The position numbers and the translations under genes were made by a program. This document shows, one piece after another, positions 37,561-46,551 of a stretch of 46,551 nt of DNA. How positions within the stretch are numbered: the stretch's first letter is position 1; every line of letters starts with the position of its first letter. The notes beneath the pieces were generated by a model. The model had not been told where the DNA came from. It made no database searches and saw nothing but the letters and a program-made list of their open reading frames with translations. Origin of the DNA: Octopus sinensis (taxonomy: Eukaryota); NCBI RefSeq assembly GCF_006345805.1, contig NW_021832377.1, positions 1 to 46,551 on the forward strand, in the 5' to 3' direction.

Positions 37561-37890
37561 ATGGTGGCTGCCCACTCGTTATCGAGTATGGCCATTGCGC
37601 GAAGCTTAATCAATGTTGTTATCATGCAATGCCTGTGCAAGAAGATTTTTTTAAAGTAAGGAAAGGCTGTGCACTGAGTCAATCCCACTCACTAAGCAAC
37701 AGCAGCCATAATCCGAAAAGAAGAACAAGTCAACATTATCGGTAACCACTGAGCCGCAGGTTTTATTTCGGAGTTATCCCAGTTACCTGAGTTACCTTCT
37801 CCTAGAAGGATGCCCTAACAAAGGCTAGGAGTCCTTCACTCCCAATGGTTTAACCGCGCGATCGGGTATTCAGTCCGATTATTTCTATGT
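37561..37890 (-). mobile_element. Possible RTE-derived non-autonomous element
   Basis: GTTACCTTCTCCTAGAAGGATGCC...AAAGGCTAG recalls RTE 5' UTR motifs, and it abuts the CATA array. Similarity is from memory only. Confidence 0.4.
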
Positions 37891-37933
37891 ATCCCGCGCA
37901 TGACATACATACGGACATGCATACATACCTACC

Positions 37934-38130
37934 AATCTTGAGGAATTAGGCTTCTCAAAACTAGAAAGCAGAAAGCTGATTCGAAGACTACAGAACCAAG
38001 CCATCGCTGGAACTGTAAAAATCTGTAAAACTTTACCGAAGTTTATCAATTAAATATATATATGAGCATATCTAGATATGCAAGTATATTCATGAGAAGA
38101 CATACATAAAACAAAACATTCAAATCTGCA
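37934..38130 (+). mobile_element. R4/Dong-like LINE extreme 3' end inside (CATA)n
   Basis: NLEELGFSKLESRKLIRRLQNQAIAGTVKICKTLPKFIN* (stop 38051-38053), a short UTR, then CATA repeats. Confidence 0.7.
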
Positions 38131-38139
38131 CATATACAT

Positions 38140-38575
38140 ACACACATACATACATACATACATACATACATACATACATACTACATACATACATACATAC
38201 ATACATACCATACATACCATACATACATACATACATACATACATACATACATACATACATACATACAACATACATACATACATGCGTACACATACATACA
38301 TACATACATACATACATACATACATACATACTACATACATGCATACATACATACATACATACATACATACATACATACATACATACATAAATACATACAT
38401 ACATACATCTACATACATACATACATACATACATCATACTACATACATACATACATCCATACATACTACATACATACATACATACATACATACATACATA
38501 CATACACATACATACATACATACATACATACATACATACATACATACATACATACATACATACATACATACATGA
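38140..38575. repeat. (CATA)n array
   Basis: Directly visible. Confidence 0.97.
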
Positions 38576-38590
38576 ACATATGCATTTATG

Positions 38591-38736
38591 AGGAAAGATG
38601 GACAATCAAAGATGAAAAAATTCATTTATGAGATGTTACATCTATATTACAGGCTGTTAAATACGTGTAAACATATATACGTGAAATCTCACATAAATGA
38701 ATCCTTTTCATCTCTAATTATTTGTCCATCTTACCT
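38591..38736. repeat. Imperfect inverted repeat (MITE-like hairpin)
   Basis: AGGAAAGATGGACAA...TTCATTTATGAGAT versus ATCTCACATAAATGAA...TTGTCCATCTTACCT. Confidence 0.7.
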
Positions 38737-38989
38737 TTCTAATTATCCGCCATAGTTTTGTATTTCTTATGGCCAACACTTACAAAGCTGGTCTACCTTA
38801 TTCTAATTATGAAGTTGGGGGTTCATGAAGTTGATGAGTCAACACTGATCTATTTTGCGCTTGCACTGGCATCATCTCACCCACCATGCATGCATACATA
38901 GATACATAGAGGCATGTATACATACATACATACATACATACATACATACATACATACATACATACATACATACATACATACATACATAA

Positions 38990-39192
38990 AGTTAATCCAA
39001 ACAAGAAAGCACAAAAAACACAACAACGCGAGGACGTGGAACAAATATAGCATTATTGGACGCTCAGGAAGGAAGGAAAGAAGGAGGGTTTAACGTTTCG
39101 AGCGGAGCTCATCGTCGGAAACATAGGAGAAGGAAAGATCCAGAGAAGGGAAGACAGAGGAAAAAAAATCGCCAACGGTACACACGAGGTCA
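38990..39192 (-). mobile_element. Second copy of the 19806-20007 element
   Basis: Reverse complement match; flanked by (CATA)n. Confidence 0.8.
39088..39122 (-). ncRNA. Minimal hammerhead-like motif
   Basis: GTTT-CCGACGA-T-GAGC-TCC-GCTC-GAAAC-GTT-AAAC with a full 4-bp stem I. Confidence 0.55.
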
Positions 39193-39658
39193 TACATACA
39201 TATATACATGCGTGTAGCTTGAAAAAAACAAGAGAAAACAGGTCCTCAACGAGCCATTGATAAGGAGTTTGCTTTCAGCTTCATACAGTTTCACTTTCAT
39301 ACCCGTTATTATTGGAGCAATGTATGGCTGAACTTGGGTTCTTGTGTAGAGAACACAAATCTTTAATTCATACACTACAATTAATCACGATATCTGGAAT
39401 TTTAAAAATTTGCAAATCCTCTTTAAATAATGTTGAAGAAAAACAAGATACTTTCCTTCACGGACTCGCTACCAAGTAGTGGGGGAGGGGGAGGGGAGGG
39501 GTCAAAATTTACTCGAAATTTAAAAGAGAAAGAGGTGACAAGCTACTTACCACATACCCTCTCTCTCTCTCTCTCTCTCTCTCCTCTCTATCTATATATA
39601 TATATATTATATATATAATATATATATATAATAGAGAGAGAGAAGAGAGAGAGAGGGT

Positions 39659-39770
39659 ATGTGGTAAGTAGCTTGCTTACCAACCACATGGTCCCGGGTT
39701 CAGTCCCACTGCGTGGCTCATTCGGCAGATGTCTTCTACTACAACCTCGGAAATTGAAAGAAGCCCGTCG

Positions 39771-39803
<33 letters not shown>

Positions 39804-40131
39804 GTGTGTGCATATATATATATATATATGTGTATGTGTGTGTGTGTATGTGTGTTTGTGTGTGTGTGTGTTGTGTGTGTGTATATATAATATATATATA
39901 GGAGTGGCTGTGTGTGTATATGTTTGTGTGTCTGTGTTTGTCCCCCTAGCATTGCTTGACAACCGATGCTGGTGTGTTTACGTCCCCGTAACCTAGCGGT
40001 TCGGCAAAACAGACCGATAGAATAAGTACTGGGCTTACAAAGAATAAGTTCCGGAGTCGATTTGCTCGACTAAAGGCGATGCTCCAGCATGGCCGCAGTC
40101 AAATGACTGAAACAAGTAAAAGAGTAAAAGA

Positions 40132-40133
<2 letters not shown>
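39659..40133 (+). mobile_element. SINE family A with a truncated, fold-back 5' end
   Basis: Starts at TGTGGTAAGTAGCTTG and ends GTAAAAGAGTAAAAGAG. Confidence 0.9.
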
Positions 40134-40194
<61 letters not shown>

Positions 40195-40212
40195 TAATAT
40201 ATATATGCATAT

Positions 40213-40424
40213 TGTGTTTGTGTGTGTGTTTGTACCCTCACCATCGCTTGACAACCGATGTTGGGTGTTTATGTCCCCGTAATATAGCTGTTCGGCAAAA
40301 GAGACCGATAGAATACGTACTAGGCTTACAAAGAATAAGTCCTGGGCTCGATTTGTTCGACCAAAGGCGGTGCTCCAGCATGGCCGCAGTCAGATGACTG
40401 AAACAAATAAAAGAATAAAAGAAT
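40213..40424 (+). mobile_element. SINE family A, 3' half
   Basis: GCTTGACAACCGATG...CCAGCATGGCCGCAGTC...AAATAAAAGAATAAAAG. Confidence 0.85.
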
Positions 40425-40440
40425 TTATATTGTATATATA

Positions 40441-40476
<36 letters not shown>

Positions 40477-40721
40477 ACACATACATATCCGTATATAGAT
40501 AGATTAATAGACAGGCAGACAGACAGATAGATGGATAGATAGATAGATATACATACATACACACATATACAATTTCGAAATAAGGTGATTAGAATCAAAA
40601 TAAGCAACAAGGATATCCAGAGGTAATAATGCAGTACGATCGTTTCACGCAACTCCATTTAATTGAACAATGAAACCATTACATCAATTTAAATGCAGAG
40701 CAATCCTCAGCTGCACAAAGA

Positions 40722-40911
40722 CATAGGATTTAATTAAATTAAAACAGATGGACACATTAGTATAATTTTACCTAAAATCTCCAAGGAGATAGAGTAGCTT
40801 CTAAGTGGAAGTGAAGGCAGCATGTTCTTTGTTTATCTCCTTAACTTCTAGGAGATTTTAGGTAAAATTATGCTAATGCGTCCATCTGTTTTATTTTAAT
40901 TAAATTCTATG
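40722..40911. mobile_element. MITE-like element with about 60-bp inverted arms
   Basis: 40722-40782 and 40851-40911 are near reverse complements, with an inner AAGGAGATA/TATCTCCTT pair. No clear TSD. Confidence 0.75.
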
Positions 40912-41441
40912 CTGGGTCTCTTGGCAAACGTTCTCGGTACTTAACTACTGACCTCTTGACAGGCTGTCGACAGTTCGTAGATGTATTTACAATCTATAAT
41001 ATATATTTGTAGGTGTGTATATCTGTACACGTACAGGTACGTATGTGCACATGCATGGACAGGTTTATCAATCTATGTGTATGCGTATGCATAGGTGTAT
41101 TTGTCTGTGCGTGCACGTATGTGTGTGTGTGTGTATACATATATACTTACATACATACATACATATATATGTATACACATAGACACATACATGTATCTAT
41201 GTATTATTTGTATTCATGTTTGTGTAAGTACCTATCCGTGTATGTATGTATGTATGAATGTATGTATGTATGTATGTATGAATGTATGTATGTAAGTATG
41301 TATGCATGTATGTATGTATGTATGAATGTATGTATGTATGTATGTATGTATGTATGTATTTATGTATGTATGCATGTATGTATGTATGTATGTATGTAAA
41401 CATAAATTTTGGGTAATACGTTGCCAAATGACGAAAGTAAT

Positions 41442-41488
<47 letters not shown>

Positions 41489-42056
41489 AAGTCTGTGTGT
41501 TTGCGTGCGAGCATCCGTAGACCATCTGGTGTTTGGTATGTGAGCTTCTGCTACGAACAATAAAATGGTTGACTACCCTGGATGTCGCCATACTGCCTGG
41601 CATCTGTTAATGCCGTGCAGATCGCCGGATCACGTGGCACATTATAACCTACTCAGCTGCTGTTTCAACGCAGTGTGTACACATGTGTGTGTGTGTGTGT
41701 TTCGCGCGTGCACGTGCGTTTTTCTCTGTTACTGTAAAATATGAAATACATATTTTACGATATACGTATAAGCATGCATGTATACACAAATACCGATATA
41801 TATAATGAATGGGGGTTGTATGCATGTGAATGTATGTACGTATGTATATAGGTATGTACGCAGAGATGTATGTATACATTATATATTCTTATATGTGTGT
41901 CTGTGTCGTTTCTGTATCTGTATATCTAGTTACACATACATATATGTGAGTGTGTATGTAAGCATATATGTATATATGTATATATATATATATATAATAT
42001 ATATATCTAATATAGTATATATATATAATATATATATATATATAGTATATATATAT

Positions 42057-42100
<44 letters not shown>

Positions 42101-42280
42101 TATATTATATAATATATATATATATATATATATATCTATATATATGTATATATATATATATATAATATATATATATCTATATATATATATATATACATAT
42201 ATATATACATATATATATACTATATGTAGATATATTATATACTATATCTATCTATATATATCTATATCTATATCTATCTA

Positions 42281-42317
<37 letters not shown>

Positions 42318-42345
42318 CATATATATATATATATATATATATAAT

Positions 42346-42416
<71 letters not shown>

Positions 42417-42799
42417 GCAAGCATGCATGCACATATACATATAATGGAGAAGACATTTCTTATTTGAGTACAGCCAACAGCGAGTAAAAACTCAACACTC
42501 GAGTAGAGAATTAGAATAAAATTAACCAATGTTCCAAGTTAAAGTTTAATCTTTTGAGTAACCAAATTGTAATAGGAATGACTGGTGAAAAGTAGTGCAT
42601 ATACGAGGTTAGTAAGGAGCAGAAGGAGAGGATAAGAGAGGAAGAGAGAAAGGCAGAGAGATAAATAGGGGTAGGGGGAAAGTGGGCAGATGTAGAAGAT
42701 AGTGGGTGTATATTTGACGGAAAGTAAGTAGGATGGTAAAGAAGAACCTTTTTAAAACGGGGAGAGTAAAGGGACTGGTCGAAACAAAATTTCATAATC

Positions 42800-43024
42800 C
42801 TTTCTACTAAAGGCACAAGGCCAGGAATTTAGGTGGTGGTGGTGGTGGGTACTAGTCAATTACATCAACTGTAGTGTTTTACTGGTACTCGATTTATCGA
42901 CCCCAAAAGGATGAAAGGCAAAGTCGACCTCGGTTGAATTTGAATACAAAACGTAAAGACGAAAGAAATGCCACTAAGCATTTTGTCCAGCGTCTTAACG
43001 ATTCTGTCAGCTCGCCGCCTTAAT
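42800..43024 (-). mobile_element. Diverged SINE C-related copy
   Basis: ATCGACCCCAAAAGGATGAAAGGCAAAGTCGACCTCGG core and CAGCTCGCCGCCTTA head. Confidence 0.85.
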
Positions 43025-43499
43025 AACGTTTTTTTTATAATGGCAGAATAATATATATATATATATATTGATGTTGTTGTCCGTAGTAACAAGCCGATAT
43101 TGGCGTAAGGACATACTATGCCAATGTTTCGCCCTTTCCGATTACTATTGATTCCCAGGCAGCCTTTGTTTTTACGCTGTTGACACCGCCGGATTGAATG
43201 GTACTATCTAGGTGTCGAAACCATAGTGATATCCGTGTGGCAGTTGATGATGGGAATATATATATTTGCTATGCTTGTTTGTGAATTCCTTATTTCTTAG
43301 TCTTTTTGTTCTGAGTTGTCGTTCATTCTTGTATATTGGAAAGTGTTTGTGGATTCATGATTTATGGAGTTTACCTTCCGTTAATATTGGTTGTTTTTCT
43401 TCATAGACACTCTTAAGCTTAGCTAACGCTCAGATACTGCTGTCTAGTTTGTGAAGGTTCTGTGGCGCACATACCACACACACACACACACACAGATCT

Positions 43500-43650
43500 T
43501 GGGCCTAGATGCAGTTTCCACTTTATAAATTCATTCACAAGGCATTCGTCAGCTCGGGGCTTTAGCAGAAGGCATTTGCTCAAGATGGCATACACTGGGA
43601 TTGAAACTGAAACCACGCAGTTGCACTGAATGTCTTAACCACATAGGCGC
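43500..43650 (-). mobile_element. Old SINE A-related copy
   Basis: TTCACAAGGCATT...GCAGAAGGCATTTGCTCAAG...CTTAACCACATAGGCGC. Confidence 0.6.
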
Positions 43651-43713
43651 AGCATAATCTACGTATGCATATATGCATATATAAAATATATATAGGCATT
43701 CAAGACACACATA

Positions 43714-43762
<49 letters not shown>

Positions 43763-44489
43763 CAAGACTCGATACTGTTAGCAGTACGAGCAGCGAGATC
43801 ACTGCTATATTCGGAAACGTAGTATATTCGAATATATATATATATAATATATATATATATAATATATATATATATATATTATATATATATTCCGATTCTC
43901 CCCTCTCTTCCTCCCTCCTCCTCCCCTCTTCTTCCTCCCATCCTCCTTAATCCCTTCTTTCTCCTTTTCTCTGGTCACTGATTCTGTCCCCTGCCTTCCA
44001 CCCTCTTTGATTCCCTCTCCTCTGCTCTCTTCTCTCTCTCTCTCTCCTGCGACCTGCTGCTTCTTAAACCATTCTGTTGGCCTTCGTATCTCGACCAACA
44101 TGTGTCCCCGCTACCGAAACGGTAATTATTTCTACGCCACTATGTTGTTGTTGTTGTTTTTGTCTCATTTGGTCTAAAGTCGTATGACAACCACCGTTAT
44201 ATATATTTTTGTTTATTCATTACTACTGTTTTCAATTCGTTTTCGTCTCTTGTATTCACATCCGTCTTGTGCGTTCACATTCCTGGCTTCTACCACAGAA
44301 ATCTAATGCTTACAGCTTAGTTTTTTTTCTGGGGCTGGCCGAGTTGGAGCAAATATCAGAATTGAACAGCCGAAATTTGCTATGATGATTCGGTGTCTGA
44401 CTGAAGATTGAAGGCTTCGAATGATTTGTCTGTGTTCCGGTGTCGTCCCTTCCCTGTATTTCACGTTCATTATATATAAAAACATTCAT

Positions 44490-44533
<44 letters not shown>

Positions 44534-44602
44534 ATATATATATATGTATTATATATATATATATATATAGATATATATATGTATATATATATATATAATA
44601 TA

Positions 44603-44690
<88 letters not shown>

Positions 44691-45866
44691 TATATATATA
44701 TATATAATTATATATATATATAACATATATATATATATACATATATATAGATATATATATATATATGTATATATATATAACACACGTAAAATCGCGCCTG
44801 ATCTATGAACTGAAAGTCCTAATTTTTTTTTAATTTTCTGAAAAACCTACGGGGGAAAAAGATTACACGAAAATCGATATAAATAAAGAAGGAATAAATT
44901 AGATATAGTTTATTGATTTGGGAATGTATATATGCAAAAATAAGTGTTATTGTTTATTTTTAAATCGAAAGGTTTGTGTGTTTTATTTATTTTTCTTTTT
45001 TTCTTTGTTTGTGACCCTGTAACAGTCGAGTGCATTCCGAATGTCTTTGACTCTTGTCGCTCTGTCTACATCCGGATCGGCATCCATTATCATCTAATTT
45101 CCATTTTCAAATTCTAAAATTAGAACTTCATTTTTTTAAAATTAAGATTCTTTCGTTATGATTTAGTTTTATATGTTCCATCTTCGCCACCATTCTCATC
45201 ATATGCAGCACGTTGCTACCCTATATTTCAAAGGCAATATCGTTCTATTGTATTATCCTCGTCTATGCTATACATTCCGAAGTGGAAATGAAATAAAATA
45301 ATTTAAGCTACATACAACCCCTGCAAATTCAGCCTCAAATCCACCAAAGTCGTTTGCCTCGTGAGGAATTATATTTCTCCGAACAGCTCTAATATAGCTG
45401 GCTGTTAACTCAGACGATATTTTCCATTGCATTCTTTATGTTAAATACACGTGATTTCCCTAAGGATGATAGCTGTTATAAGAAAGATAATCATTTCTTC
45501 GTAATATGAAGTGAACGTTAAAATTTTGACTTTGAAATTAACAAATTACGAGGGAAAAGATTCACAGAATTCAAATATCGAATTACTTTTCCTTACTTAT
45601 CATGAAGTTCTTACATTTTCTAGTTGATGGTAATCATGTATAGCACTATATCATTCTTTTTAGAAATCTATCAGCATAATATATAACCTGTAAGTTACTC
45701 ATCAAACGTTATTTCACGAAGAGAGGCATTTCATTAACGATGAAAATAATTACAATCCGAAGAGGAAATTAATGGAATATGTTCTTTCTTTCTCATGTTT
45801 TTTGTTAATATTCTTCGAGAAATCTGTAAGCTTAATGGCTCTTTCTCTCATTGTTTCTCTGATCAG

Positions 45867-45930
45867 CCCGGGCGGAAGTTTTCCATAAGTTGTTGGCCTT
45901 GAAGGATCAGGAATTTATAACGGTCATACT
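45867..45930 (+). CDS. Candidate coding exon, gene unknown
   Basis: Strong pyrimidine tract with CAG acceptor and a GTAAGG donor. Open frame (A)RAEVFHKLLALKDQEFITVI(L). No homology recognised. Confidence 0.2.
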
Positions 45931-46061
45931 GTAAGGGAAAGTACAGTTGCAACATATAGTGTAGAATACAGGCCACTTCGAGCCTCTTAATTGCAAAAGT
46001 TTTTGTTTTAGTAACAGCGGCTTTAACAGAAATCACTCGCCTTGGTTTCTACTTTATCTAG

Positions 46062-46128
46062 AGCAGATGACGATGGTGTCATAATGGGAACTTCGATGTT
46101 AGATGACCATTACTCACTTCAAATATGA
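46062..46128 (+). CDS. Candidate following exon, gene unknown
   Basis: TTTCTACTTTATCTAG acceptor; phase-compatible with the previous candidate; reads (L)ADDDGVIMGTSMLDDHYSLQI*. Confidence 0.15.
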
Positions 46129-46149
46129 GTCCATTGATTCAACATTGAT

Positions 46150-46551
46150 GTTAAGTTAAGTTAAATTAAGTTAATTTTTTGGCTCAAAAAGCAAAAAGCA
46201 AGGTTATGTAGGGAGACATGGAGTTATGTACTGGGAGGGTGTTCATGCAAAGAGTTCCGGTGCCATTTCTGGTTAAGAGAGACTTTGAACCGAGCGTCGT
46301 CGGCATCTTCACTATCTCGTCCGGCAGCTTATTCCACAGATCCGCAACCCGGACGGAGAAGCCCCTCTCCTTCGATTGAGACGAATCGTCGCAGATAGAG
46401 CTTTTCGGAGTGACCCCGCAGCCGACGCTCTGGAGCAGGAGTGAAGAACAGCTCTTTCGAGAGGTTACAACTTTCCGCTTATGATGTTGTGAGCAAAAAT
46501 GAGATCACCACGGCGTCGTCGTTTTTTCTAGAGAATAAAGGTCGAGCGTCT
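46150..46551 (-). mobile_element. CR1/L2-like LINE 3' end with a (TTAAC)n tail; continues beyond the window
   Basis: RRRGDLIFAHNIISG...RLRGHSEKLYLRR...LWNKLPDEIVKM...FK across frameshifts, then AACTTAACTTAAC. Confidence 0.88.

Noticed and set aside
44320-44410. GAGRVGAN Rossmann-like peptide on the plus strand
   Set aside because: A short frame bounded by stops, with no convincing splice donor or further dehydrogenase motifs.
44395-44435. CTGAAGA...GAAT motif as a hammerhead
   Set aside because: GAAA is missing and the stems are weak.

Overview
This is eukaryotic, AT-rich, repeat-saturated DNA. It is most likely intergenic or intronic sequence from an octopus; I infer this from the tRNA-headed SINE families and the heavy (TA)n/(CATA)n/(GAT)n load, without a database search. 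No intact protein-coding gene, rRNA, true tRNA gene or CRISPR array is supported, and almost every ORF in the track is a translated microsatellite or a decayed transposon. Supported content: three main SINE families (labelled A, B and C here) with module-swapped variants; LINE fragments of the Tx1/L1, RTE, CR1/L2 and R4/Dong-like types; Tc1/mariner remnants; non-autonomous Helitrons; MITE-like inverted repeats; and a 4.3 kb GAT/GGT array with higher-order structure. The most notable signal is seven minimal hammerhead-ribozyme-like motifs in about six unrelated short repeats, mostly embedded in microsatellites. One (6502-6545, minus strand) has a complete catalytic core and a GUC cleavage triplet, and one forms the 3' part of a tRNA-headed element. 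A weak two-exon coding candidate lies at 45867-46128. All alignments and folds were done by eye, and many element boundaries are approximate.
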